A stretch of 64,000 nt of DNA from Octopus vulgaris (taxonomy: Eukaryota). Both the position numbers and the translations under genes were made by a program. The stretch lies in NCBI GenBank assembly GCA_951406725.2, contig OX597834.1, forward strand, positions 29,698,001 through 29,762,000, in the 5' to 3' direction. The notes beneath the pieces were generated by a model. The model did not search any database and was not told the DNA's origin. It saw nothing but the letters and a program-made list of their open reading frames with translations. Positions 51,021 to 64,000 of the stretch are shown here, one piece after another (within the stretch, counting starts at the first letter, position 1; every line of letters begins with the position of its first letter).

Positions 51021-51428
51021 AGGCACAGGAGTGGCTGTGTGGTAAGTAGCTTGCTTACCAACCACATGGTCCCAAGTTCAGTCCCACTGCGTGTCACCTT
51101 GGGCAAGTGTCTTCTACTATAGCCTTAGGTCAACTAAAGCCTTGTGAGTGGATTTGGTAGACAGAAACTGAAAGAAGCCCATCATATATATGTATATATA
51201 TGTGTATGTATGTTTGTGTGTCTGTGTTTGTCCACCCAACATCGCTTGACAACCGATGCTGGTGTGTATGCATCCCTGTAACTTAGCGGTTCGGCAAAAG
51301 AGACCGATAGAATAAGTACTAAGCTTACAAAGAATAAGTCCTGAGGCCAATTTGCTCGACTAAAGGCGGTGCTCCAGCATGGCCACAGTCAAATGACTGA
51401 AACAAGTAAAAGAGTAAAAAGAGAGTAA
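51021..51428 (+). mobile_element. SINE family A, full length
   Basis: Colinear with 13446-13857. Confidence 0.92.
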
Positions 51429-51787
51429 GAAAAAGACTTCATCCTGATTCCACATCCATCTTCCATGCTGGCATGGATTGGGTGATTCAACAGGATCCAC
51501 TGGGTTCAAAATTTGCATCATACTTCAATGTCAGCTTTGGCATGGAGTGTAAAGGAATTCTTGGACTTATAATAAAACTATTTTGGACCTCATATTCCTG
51601 TTCACTGATGATAACAAAATGTCTTTTTCGTATTCTAATCCTGAAAAAGGTTTTATTTTTTAAACATGTTTAAATTGTAAGTATTGTGCTTAATCTAAAC
51701 ATTCATTTGTATGAAAAGCCATGAATTCTCAGACAACCCAGCACCTTCTTGTGTCTTTACAACGCCTCTGCCCAAGGGGGCCCTATC

Positions 51788-52205
51788 ACTCTTTACTCTT
51801 TACTCTTTTACTTGTTTCAGTCATTTGACTGCGGCCATGCTGGAGCACCGCCTTTAGTCAAGCTAATCAACCCTGGGACTTATTCTTTGTAACCCAGTAC
51901 TTATTCTATCAGTCTCTTTTGCCGAACCGCTAAGTGACGGGGACGTAAACACACCAGCATCGATTGTCAAGCAATGCTACGGGGGACAAACACAGACACA
52001 CAAACACATACACACACATATGTGTATATATATATATATACATATTTACGACAGGCTTCTTTCAGTTTCCGTCTACCAAATCCACTCACAAGGCATTGGT
52101 TGGCCCGGGGCTATAGCAGAAGACACTTCCCCAAGATGCCACGCAGTGGGACTGAACCCGGAACCATATGGTTGGTTAGCAAGCTACTTACCACACAGCC
52201 ACTCC
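51788..52205 (-). mobile_element. SINE family A, near full length
   Basis: The reverse complement is colinear with 13446-13857. Confidence 0.92.
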
Positions 52206-53252
52206 ACAGAAGTAAATAATCTAAAAGGGCTCCTCATTTAGCTGTTGTTGCATAGAAAAAGATGGGAAAAAGAATCAAGACTGAAAATAAGTTGAACTGG
52301 GATTCAAAATTCCACCTCTAACCAAATTACAGTATCCTGTCATATTTTGGCACTCCCACCCCCTTTTATACTTTAGAACCATTAAGTGGATCTAAGAGTG
52401 TAACTAGAGTTGGTGTTGTTTTTACTATTGTTTTTATGCACAACCGCCGTGCAGTTTAACTTTTATTAAGGTGATCTGGGATGTGATCAAAGGCATTCCA
52501 GCTGTGACAATCTTGTCTTTCTCCTATGAACAAGAAACAAGATCCTACATGTCCTTTTCTTTGATGGTAGTGTAGTGTGTAATGTAAGGAAGACTTGACA
52601 CTCATTTCTAGGAGGTCAAGCAACCACTTAAAGGCTCTCTCATTAGATGGTGGTGGTGTGGTGGTGGTGGTGATGACAGCAGTGGCGTTGGTGGTCTGTT
52701 TGAATTTTTCAGTGCGCTAAACATTTACTAGTGACTTGTGTCTTCTGCACATAGTCACACTTAGTCAATATGATCCCCACCCCTACAACCACTACCACCA
52801 ACACCACTGTCTTGATAGGAACTGGGGGATTAAATGGCTAAGTTACATCTAGATGACAATGTGGCAGAAACACCTGATGCATACACACAAACACATACAC
52901 ACACATTCAAAGACATCCACGTGTAAAATATATACTGTGCATATGCTGACAAATATTCTTGCAGAGTCACAAACACATACACAAACACACATACACACAC
53001 AGGCACATGTCTACACATTTGCTTTCACACCTTTGAGAGAAGCAATAATCATGCATACAAACATACATGTCTCTTCACACGTTCGTTGTATCACATCAAT
53101 AAATGCATGGGGAATGTTATGGAGTTATGTATGGTTTAGGCAGATGCATAACAACATTTTCATTATATCATGAATGGATGACAATGCATGTGTGTGATGC
53201 ATGCATAAACGGAAACCCATACATCCACATATGTATATACTATTATATATAC

Positions 53253-53290
<38 letters not shown>

Positions 53291-54178
53291 TATTATATAT
53301 ATGTGTGTATATATATCTATATATATATACTATTATATTATATATATGTATATATATATATATATATATACTATTATATATACACATACACACACACATA
53401 TATATATATATATACACATATATCATTCAATTTTGTAATATGATGGGCCACAAATCTACACTGACTTTTAATTGAGAATGCCCAGTTCGGTGTAAACTTT
53501 CCAATAGTAAATATAAATACAATATTCATCTGTTCCCCTTCAGTCTCATCCATCAATGACACCTTAATTAATGATATATGCACAATATATCAGCTTATAG
53601 TCATTAACTACAACTTTGATGCATTTATTGACGAATGTATGTAATTATCGAATGATGAAAGCAGACAATTAACTGACAAATTACGGTACGTGTGAATTTT
53701 TACAATATCAAAAGAAAGCTCGAGATATATGGCAGCTAATAGACCTCTTAATTATAAAGCCAAATATTAAATCCTAGGAACCTAATAGCAATGTAATTCT
53801 AATTCTTTATAATTAGGATTTAATTATCTAAAATAGTCTTTTAAGCCATATCAGCTATGACATTGGGAAAAGTGGTTGGTTGATAATCTATTGAATGCCA
53901 GCAATGTTATTTATAAATTCGCATGTCTATATGACAGTTGCAAACATCATGCTGTGTTGATAAAGCATCACGTTGTTCCAGTAAATTTCATATTAAGTAC
54001 CTGAACAAAAGACTATACATTTACGTTTAGGAGATTTTTCTGATGCAAAATTAAAATTGAAAATTGACATTTTATGAGTAATTAAAAGTGGTGGATGTTA
54101 GAGCCATTACCAATAAGAGGTATTTTGGCTTAGTTTAGATTAAATTCTAAAACTCACTAGGATACATATATATTATAT

Positions 54179-54232
<54 letters not shown>

Positions 54233-56104
54233 AACACACACATTATATATGTGTATTGTAAAATATATACATACATTATATATGTGTGTTTATATTTCTA
54301 AAGCAACACACATATATTTATGTGTGTATCATCATCGCTATCATCATTGTCATCATCATTATCATCATCCTTTTTGTGTCCATTTTTCCATGCTTGTCTA
54401 TCTTGGATGTATCTTTACCAACACACCATTTCTCCATTTGTTGCCAACTTCTATCATCTCTTTTGTAAGTTTCAATATCCTGAGATCAGTTTTCCACCAC
54501 TTCTGCCTCTATATTCCTTGTTCTTCTCTTCTATTGTTCTCTTACACTTTGGCCTACTAATGCTTCTTTGCCCATTTCTTATCCTCTATATGCATCACAT
54601 TTCCATTCTATTGCATCAACAGGCATGCACACACATATATGCAAATCCTCCAACCCATGCCAGCATGGAAACCAGATGTTAAACGATGAGGATGATGATA
54701 ATGCACACACACACACACACTTTCAATGTTGGCATCAATTGCATGGCTCATTACTGCTCTCCTACACAACTTGGAGAACCATACCACACTTGCACATCTT
54801 GGGCATATTTATAAAAGCCATCAACATTTCACTGTTCACCTTCCCATGACACTACGAAGATTTTGATTTTGCATGGGACAAATGTGTCTGTTGATCACAG
54901 GCTAAAGTTCTTTTATTGTTATGTTTCTTCAACTCGTTTAGATGCATCATGACACATTTTACATCATTCACATCGATCTTGGCAATAACTTTCCAAAGAA
55001 ATAGACAACAACAACAACAACAATAATAATAATAATAATGGGGTTAGATTAAGGTAAGAAATCATTAGAGAATTTGAAATTAAGTGGTTATTTTTTTTTT
55101 ATTTAGTAATGAACAGTTGGCATAGAACAGAAGGTTACTGGTTGGAAATAGGTAAAAAGATGTGAGAAGAAAGTTATTTAATTTTTATCCCACCAGGCTT
55201 GTATGTTCAGCAAAATTAAAATACTTCTTCACAAGAGAAACTGTCTTTCACCATTCTTACTAATAAAGTTCTGTCTGGTTTAAATCAAACCAATGTCTCA
55301 TTGATGCTACTATTATTTTATTGTATGCTGGATAATATCTACTCTTCTAATTGTCAGAATTTAAAGATGGCATCGAAATACTTTTATAAGTTTATTTCTC
55401 GTGATACTGACAGAGATACTAATAGCCTGTATTGTAGTTTGACTACCGTTATTGTAATGTACTCAACTACTAATGTTCCTAACAATGTACCAGATTCTAA
55501 GTAACTGCTTACATATTTTGAAAAGTTCTTTTCATGTGCTACAAGTTTTAAGCTACAAGAGCAAAGCTTCTATATGCGTAACTGACTAAACACACATACA
55601 CACACACACACATGCACACACTCACGCAGGTATTTCAAAAGTAAATAGACACCCGTCATTATACCATTTCATCTGTTTGAACACTAGTCACTTGTACAAT
55701 GGCAAAATTTGTTTAAATCATTAAAAACTGCACTAGGCAGGTCTACAAAAAGTTAGATTAAGTATTTAAGTGAACGCACAAAATGATAGAGGTGTGTGTG
55801 TGTGCATGCACACATACACTATAGCAAGTATCAAAGGATAAAGTTAGCAATTTGATATTTGTCTTTATAAATACTCAATGGATATTAGTGTATTTTCAGA
55901 AAATGGAAGTGGTGGAGTGAAAAAGCTCTCCACTTTCCAGTCTTCTGATAGCTAGTGTCTGTGAAAGTGATTTATGTGATAAACACCAAGATTATATACA
56001 TGCATACATACACAGACACACACACATACATACACATGTGTATGTGTGTGTGTGTATATATGTATGCATCTATCTATCTATGTATGTACATATGTACATA
56101 TGCC

Positions 56105-56572
56105 ATTATTCAGTTTTATTTCAAGATTTCTTGCCAATTGAGAAAGAATCAATTTCTAACCTAGATCCAAAGCCTTCATGGGAATTCCAACATCAACAAG
56201 AGGGTATTTTTGTTTGTATGTATGTATTTGCAGATTTGTATGTTTTATGTATGCATTCTCATGCATATAGCTACATATCTAGACATGCTCATATATATTT
56301 AAAGGATAAACTTCTGGAAAGTTTTACAGGTTTTTATAGTTCCAGTGATGGATTGGATCTGTAGTCTTTGAATTAGCTTTCACCTTCTGGTTTTGAGAAG
56401 CCTAATTTCTCAAGATTGATATTTAGGCAGTGTGTTACATTTCCCAGGGCCCCAATAATTACAGGTATAAACCTGAACTTGTAATCTGGATAGAGTAACT
56501 GCAGATTTCTCAATAGTTCAGCATAGGTGTTCTTTTTTTCACTGATGTTCAGCTTTATGTTAACATCAGCTG
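56105..56572 (-). pseudogene. R4/Dong-like (restriction-like endonuclease) non-LTR retrotransposon 3' end
   Basis: Translates ADVNIKLNISEKKNTYAELLRNLQLLYPDYKFRFIPVIIGALGNVTHCLNINLEKLGFSK, then (frameshift) KLIQRLQIQSITGTIKTCKTFQKFIL*. EK..KY..L...P(V/I)(V/I)IGALG is the RLE C-terminal signature. The 3'UTR ends AATAAAACTGAATAAT. Confidence 0.8.
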
Positions 56573-56633
56573 TATGTATGTATGTATGTATGTATGTTTG
56601 AAATGTATGTATGTATGTATGTATGTATGTGCG

Positions 56634-56667
<34 letters not shown>

Positions 56668-56819
56668 TGTATGTATGCATGTCCCACACAAGCTTCTGTC
56701 ACCTTTATTTGGCTGGTTCTAAGCTGTGATTGGAAAAATCTGTTTAAACTTGGTGTCATGGAACACCAGCGATCAAAACTCTGCGTGATCATTACTGACT
56801 TCGATCTGAACAACAACTC

Positions 56820-56854
<35 letters not shown>

Positions 56855-56939
56855 AGTATTATTGTTTTCCATCAAAGAGCAATATTTTGTTTCCTGTGTT
56901 CAGTTTAATTTGATATTATCTAGAAACAATAACCCTACC

Positions 56940-56980
<41 letters not shown>

Positions 56981-56993
56981 CATATATATACAT

Positions 56994-57032
<39 letters not shown>

Positions 57033-57170
57033 CACACACAATTATATATATATGTATATACATATATATATATAAAATTATGTAGATAGATACGCAGATA
57101 GATAGATAGATAGATAGATAGAAAGATAGATAGTTAGAAAGATAGATAGATAGATAAATAGATAGATAGG

Positions 57171-57247
<77 letters not shown>

Positions 57248-57523
57248 GCTATATTCATTTTCTTTATAGATGTTGATATCAACACAGTAGTTTTAATTAA
57301 AATATCTACTCTTAGAAAGTTGTTTATGATTCCTTCTCAAAAATATTAGATGAAAGTTAAAGAATGCAAAGATGGTTCGCTGTAATAAATATTTTCTAAA
57401 TTAACCAGTTTGTGAAGAGGTAGGAAAACTAGTAATGCTTCCACATATACATATATATATATACATATGTGTATGTGTGTGTATATATATATATACATAA
57501 TATATATATATGTGTGTCTATAT

Positions 57524-57577
<54 letters not shown>

Positions 57578-57627
57578 ATATATATATATATATATAATAT
57601 ATATATGTGTGTGTGTGTGTGTATGTG

Positions 57628-57694
<67 letters not shown>

Positions 57695-57802
57695 TCATAT
57701 AAATTGATGTATGTCTACTTTAAACATGCACATATATATATATATATATATGTATGTGTATATATATATATGTGTATATGTATGCATATGTATGTGCATG
57801 TG

Positions 57803-57856
<54 letters not shown>

Positions 57857-58378
57857 CACACACACATATATTTGTATGTGCTTCTGTGTGTGTGTGTATA
57901 TATATGTGTGTGTGTGTGTATGTATGTTGTATGTATTTATACATATGTATATACAATGGCATTTCAAAATTCTACATTTCCACACGATTGCATTGAATGC
58001 CTGTCCTCAGCCACATAACCATCTTTACCACTCTACATCTCTATTCTTTCTCGATGCCTGTGTAAAGAGAGATTACATTTCAAGTGTTATCCAGCCTGCC
58101 ACTATGCTCTTGTACTTCTCCCTCCCTCCCTACCAGCTCATTATTCTTGCTGTTGCCTATCTCTGATACTGTCCATGATGTAATCACACTCTCTCTCTCC
58201 CCGCTGTCTCTCTCATTAACAAAAGGTAACATATGATAATCAAGAATTTAGAATCCCATTTTCCAAGGTACAGACTTTATGTATATTTCCAAAACCCAAA
58301 TATTATGCTCCATAAATTATTTTACATTGTTATTCATTTCCTTCCAAGTGCTGTGTTGTGCATATCTGAAAACTATAA

Positions 58379-59004
58379 CCCTTTAGCATTCAAACTGGCC
58401 ATATCCAGCCAAAATATTTAATCTGTTTTATATTGAAACTGACCAGAGCTCGCCTCTCACCTCAGCCCTACCATGTCATTCTAAAACTAAAAAAATCACA
58501 TCACTGCAATCTCTAAATTACAAGATAATGCATGATTAATTCAAACCATTTTAAATAAACAAACATCACATTTGACAGAATAATATGAACACTAATGGAA
58601 ATTGCAGATGTGTTACCAGTGCCGGTGGCATGTAAGAGAACCTTCCATTTCGCGACCGTTGCCAGCACTGGCCTTGTGCCGATGGCACGTAAAAAGCACC
58701 ATCCGTTCGTGTCCGTTGCCAGCCTCGCTTGGCCCTCGTGCCGGTGGCACATAAAAAGCACCATCCATTCATGGCCGTTTGCCAGCTCTGTCTGGCACCT
58801 GTGCGGGTGGCACGTAAAAAGCACCCACTACACTCACGGAGTGGTTGGCGTTAGGAAGGGCATCCAGCCGTAGAAACACTGCCAGATTTGACTGGGCCTG
58901 ATGAAGCCTTCTGGCTTCACAGACCCCAGTAGAACCGTCCAACCCATGCTAGCATGGAAAGCAGATGCTAAACGATGATGATGATGATGATGATGACTAA
59001 AGGG
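58379..59004. mobile_element. piggyBac-type MITE (ATAA TSD) whose right TIR is interrupted by a SINE D insertion
   Basis: ATAA|CCCTTTAG at left. The right end CTAAAGGG|ATAA is restored by removing 58596-59000. Confidence 0.6.
58596..58995 (+). mobile_element. RTE-tailed SINE or bipartite RTE (family D) with four tandem ~60-bp units
   Basis: ACTAA duplicated at 58591-58595 and 58996-59000; GTGCCGGTGGCACGTAAAAAGCACC-type units at 58619, 58676, 58738 and 58801; (GAT)n tail. Confidence 0.8.
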
Positions 59005-59632
59005 ATAAACACTATCTCTCTTATCAATACTCTTATGATTTTAGGAGCAAATCAATAAAATATTAGTTGAACACTATTATATGTACATGTACACATACAT
59101 AAGTGTGTGTGTGTGTGTTTGCATGTGTGTGTGTGTATGGAAGTGTGTGTGTGTGATGTATGAACTAATGTCAAATGTTTGTGCTTCAAGTAATATTTTG
59201 AAAATTGCTTGTCCACATTCTGGAGTTAAATAATTAAACATGGAACATCCCAAATGTTTACATTCCTGCCTAGCATTCTGAACTTTCAAATGTTTTTCAC
59301 TTTGACTTTTCAGGTCTAGCATCCATACTCTAACATTTTGGCATTTAAAGGCCAACAATTGTATAATTGGATTCCAAACAGGCTAATAAACTTCACCGAA
59401 GTTTTTTTCTTGAGACTTTCTAAAGAAGCCTAAATTCACTTTTTCCCATCAATGTATTGATACTGATAATGCTGAAATAAAATTCTCTTTCTGAAGAACA
59501 GTCAATATTTTGCCATGTAAAGAATTGTCCAAAGTATTTTATGGATTTTATAAGTGCATGAAGCTATTCGTACAACACAGAGAGATATTATTTCAACTCG
59601 GTCAGTATCAATATGCTCTATTTATTTTTAAA

Positions 59633-60440
59633 CTTTTGTTTCTGTCATTGAACTGTGGCCATGCTGGGGCACCACCTTGACAGGTTCTAGTTGAACAAAT
59701 CAAACAAATCAACCTCAGTACCTAGTTTTGCGATCCACCTACAAAACTACAAGTCGCGGCCAGGCCCCCTCGCCCAAGTACTACCAGATACTTTTGTTTA
59801 GGCCCTCTAACAGTGCAGTAGTAAGCAGCAGTGCAGCAGCCCGCTCTCACTGCTGCCGACCACGCAACACCCTGCCGGTGCCAGCCCGACATACATGGTG
59901 CTCAGCCGATGGTGCTGCACGCTTTGCAGCTCCATGACATTTAACTCTTCCTTCCTTCCTACCTCACCGACCGTGGCGTCGGCCGGGGCCCTAGCGCCTC
60001 CGACTGTAACGCAGGTGTTGGCTTCAGCAGTCATGCTTTGTTCCGCTGCCAACGCCTATTCCTTCTCTCTCCTTGCGCGCAGTTTCTTCACGAAACTGCC
60101 GAACCACAAGTCGCGGCCGGGCCCCCTCGCCCGAGTACTACCAAGAGTCTGGTACTTATTCTGTCAATCAATTCTGACAAACTGGTAAGTTATGAGGACA
60201 TCAACAAACCAACACTGATTGTTAAGAAATGGGTGGGGTACACACACACACACACACACATATATGTACAACAAGCTTGCATATGGTTTTTGTTTCTCAA
60301 ATTCATCCATCTCAAGGTATTGTTTGCCTTGGGGTCACAGTAGAGAACATTTTCACAAGTTGCTGTGCTATAGGACTGAACCTGAAACCAAACAGGTGCA
60401 AAGTGAGTTTCTTAACCACACACAACCATACCTGTGCCTA
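59633..60440 (-). mobile_element. Old SINE family A copy split by a GC-rich insertion
   Basis: Tail at 59633-59729; body and head at 60146-60440. Confidence 0.7.
59730..60145. other. Unclassified GC/CpG-rich insertion with 42-bp terminal direct repeats
   Basis: AAC(T/C)ACAAGTCGCGGCC(A/G)GGCCCCCTCGCCC(A/G)AGTACTACCA at 59745-59786 and 60102-60143. Confidence 0.7.
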
Positions 60441-60792
60441 AATTGACTTTAAGTATATTTCTTGGTTTTTATACTACAAAAAGACCATAAAAGATTTTCA
60501 AATATTCTGGTGTCCTTTTTTTTTTTTTTTCCACATAAATATAAATTTAAGCAAAATCTATTTCATTCCTTCCAAGTTTTAGTTCCCCCAAAGACAGCAT
60601 AAAATGTGACGTAAGTTTAAGATGAATTTACTGCTAGAAATATGGAGTGAGGGTGTGAGAGATACTGGTTATTTTAATGTTAGTGTTCACATAGCAAATT
60701 GATACATGGAACAAGATTCCTATTTTTTGAAGTCATTCAGATTTCAGTCAGTGATATTACACACACACGAAGAAAAAGAAAACAAAAAGTGT

Positions 60793-61606
<814 letters not shown>

Positions 61607-61952
61607 TGTATTTTGAATTGCCAGTGGTTTCCTGAAAGATTATCTCTCAGATTCTGCTTGTGTACTTTATCATTAAGAAACCTTTATTGATTGACTACGG
61701 TCATTTAGTTCTTTGTTCTCTCTGACTGGATAATTATTCCAGTTCACTTAACGTAAGCTGTATTTGGTTTTGCTAAACAGATCTTACTTTTAATCCTTGC
61801 TTGTTCTCAATTGTCTACGGTCTTAAAAGACATTTGACATCTTACTCTGTCTATATTCAACAAGTGTGTCTGGTGTTCGGTAAAATTCTGTTAAGGAAAT
61901 AGCTATTCAAATTTATACTTATCGTCATCGCTTAACATCCACCTTCCATGCT

Positions 61953-62172
61953 GGCGGCGAGCTGGCAGAACCGTTAGCACGTTGGGTGAAATGCGTAGCC
62001 GTATTTCGTCTGCCATTATGTTCCGAGTTCAAATTCTGCCGAGGTCGACTTTGCCTTTCATCCTTTCGGGGTCAATAAATTAAGTACCAGTTACTCACTG
62101 GGGTCGATGTAATCGACTTAATTCATTTGTTTGTCTCCTCTGTGTTTAGCCCCTTGTGGGTAATAAAGAAAC
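61953..62172 (+). mobile_element. SINE family C, full length, abutting a family D tail fragment (61920-61955)
   Basis: GGCGGCGAGCTGGCAGAACCGTTAGCAC head, GAGTTCAAATTC B box, Deu/Nin-like domain, AATAAAGAAA tail. Confidence 0.85.
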
Positions 62173-62463
62173 ATATATATATATGTATGTGTGTGTGTGT
62201 GTGTATATATAAATATCTTTATCTTTTATTAAACTTTTAATACTTTTGATATTTAAAAAAAAATTAATTAATTAAATAATATATAAATATAAAAATATAC
62301 ATACATACATATATATGTATATTTGTATATATATATATATATATAAAATTTATAAGTTTAAATTATTTAAATCATTTTTTATTTTTAAATTAATTTTATG
62401 TATTGGCTTATGTTTTTCACTGTTTGATTTGCCTAATAGTGGTTTTATCTCTAATTTAATATA

Positions 62464-62507
<44 letters not shown>

Positions 62508-62774
62508 CGCCAAGTAAGTTAAGTGTTGTGGATCCAACCCACTAAGGGATAATACTTATCCAATATAATGTTGGTATAATACCCAAATTATTAATACCCA
62601 AGTGTTTTTAATTGTAATGGAATAAACTTTCTTATTGTATTAAATGGGTGAAGGTAAAGAAATATTATACCATTAATTTATATTACAAATAAGAAAAATG
62701 AAGAAACAATTCAGTTGGTTTATCAGTTTTAGGATAAATATAGATAAATATAAGTTATGTTTTGTATTGCTAAA

Positions 62775-62940
62775 TAGATCACAAGTATGGTTGAGTGGTA
62801 AGAAGTTCGCTTCCCAACCCCATAGCTCAGGGTTCAGTCCCATTGTAAAGCACCTTGTCTCTCCTACTGTAGCCCCGAGTAGATCAAAGCCCTGCAAGTG
62901 GACTCCATAGATGGAAACTGAAAGAAGCTTGTCATACATA
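62775..62940 (+). mobile_element. SINE family A head fragment
   Basis: TGGTTGAGTGGTAAGAAG...GGGTTCAGTCCCA...GATGGAAACTGAAAGAAGC. Confidence 0.75.
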
Positions 62941-63060
62941 TATATATATATATATATATGTATATATTAATAAATAATGTAGGATAAAATTTTTTTCGGG
63001 GAAAAAATTTTTATCAATGGCCAGCATATCAAAAAATACCTTTAAAGGTTAAATTTATAA

Positions 63061-63281
63061 ATAATTTACAAGATAAGGGCAAAAGAAAAATTCTAATGCC
63101 AAATGAAAATTTATTATTAATTAACCCCTAAATTCGACCAATGCGGTAATAACGAATTTTTTAGAGATTTCTATCAGTTTGTTTTGAGACGCATAAATTA
63201 TAATGGTTATTGAAAAGTTTTGTCTTTTTTACGGCATATTTGGCACTAGAATTTTTCTTTTGCCCTTATCTTGTAAATTAT
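63061..63281. repeat. 44-bp inverted repeat with a 133-bp spacer, within a PLE-like fragment
   Basis: 63061-63104 vs 63238-63281, one mismatch. The upstream part (GGATAA...TTATCAATGGCCAGCAT) resembles 44895-44970. Confidence 0.8.
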
Positions 63282-63679
63282 GTGTATATATATATATATA
63301 TATTACTGTGTTATAAGTCTGCTACTTATATAAATTAAGATTAAAAGTTCATAGTAAACACGTAAACATGGCTACTCATACGCCTACATGTGTGCTCGCG
63401 GACCCACGTGCGTACTTATACATCACTATGAAAACGTGCACATCTTCACTCGCATTTTTCACCAAATATATATATATATATATTCCAATGTCTGTGTATC
63501 TTTGTTGGTTTGTTTATGTCCCATTAACTTAGGGTTTGGCAAAATGAGAGTGACAGAATAAATATCAGGCTTCAATATTAAATATGTACTGCAGCTGATT
63601 TGTTTCATATATTCGATATGATTCGTTATTTACTAGTTTCAGCTTGAGAGCTGGAGCCATATGATATACATATATATAC

Positions 63680-63885
63680 CTTTTTCTTTTGCTTCTTTTA
63701 GTCATTGGATTGCAGCCATGCTGGAGCACTTGAAGGGTTTAGTAAAAATAATTGACCCCATTTCTTATTTTTTAAGCCTGATACTTATTTTACCAGTCTC
63801 TTGTGCTGAATTGCTAAGTCATGGGAATGTAAACAAACCAATACCAGTTGTCAAGCAGTGGTGGAAGACAAACAAAAACACATGT
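63680..63885 (-). mobile_element. SINE family A, diverged 3' half
   Basis: AGTCATTGGATTGCAGCCATGCTGGAGCAC...CCAGTTGTCAAGCAGTGGTGG. Confidence 0.7.
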
Positions 63886-64000
63886 TTACCAGCACAGCTT
63901 CCATGACTTTCAGAAACATTTTTTCACGCTGAGAGTTTCTGAAGCATGGAACAGACTACTGGCATCAATCGTTAGTTGTTGGAGCACTTCATCCTTCAAA

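Noticed and set aside
58619-58826. CRISPR-like repeat-spacer pattern (25-bp repeat, ~37-bp spacers)
   Set aside because: The 'spacers' are homologous to one another (CCGTTGCCAGC) and the array is internal to a retroposon with a TSD and (GAT)n tail.
58893-58926. Hammerhead CTGATGA-AGCC-TTCT-GGCT
   Set aside because: No GAAA follows stem II, and the other family D copy reads CTGGTGCAGCC. The CTGANGA hits at 14939, 16075 and 48819 likewise lack the GAAA/UH register.
60111-60143. HDV-like ribozyme P3/L3 (GGGC-CCCCTC-GCCC)
   Set aside because: No matching P1, P1.1 GG or J4/2 could be placed.

Overview
AT-rich, microsatellite-saturated animal DNA. The repeat content (tRNA/CORE-type SINEs, RTE/CR1/R4 LINE relics, Penelope-like fragments, a Helitron, MITEs) is typical of an octopus (coleoid cephalopod) genome; this host assignment is inferred. 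Only one host gene is recognisable: the first coding exon of the aryl hydrocarbon receptor (AHR/spineless) on the minus strand (7603-7539, MVDDWVIKTMYATKRRRRTVK, then AG|GTAAGC). Its intron 1 runs off the left edge, and a CCAAT/GC-box promoter lies at about 8670-8706. A second phase-2 donor exon (8560-8508) could be an alternative first exon lacking the YATKRRRR basic/NLS motif. The remaining ~55 kb is gene-free upstream DNA. The most striking non-coding signal is a set of minimal type I hammerhead ribozyme motifs with palindromic stem III. Three sit in related ~200-bp (TA)n-embedded Penelope-like elements and show a compensatory stem I change, and a fourth sits in an unrelated element. Also present are a CR1 LINE and SINE pair sharing a covarying 3' stem-loop, nested insertions with clean TSDs, an unclassified GC-rich insert with 42-bp direct repeats, tandem pseudoknot-like units and several long hairpins. 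Almost all ORFs in the supplied track are microsatellite artefacts.
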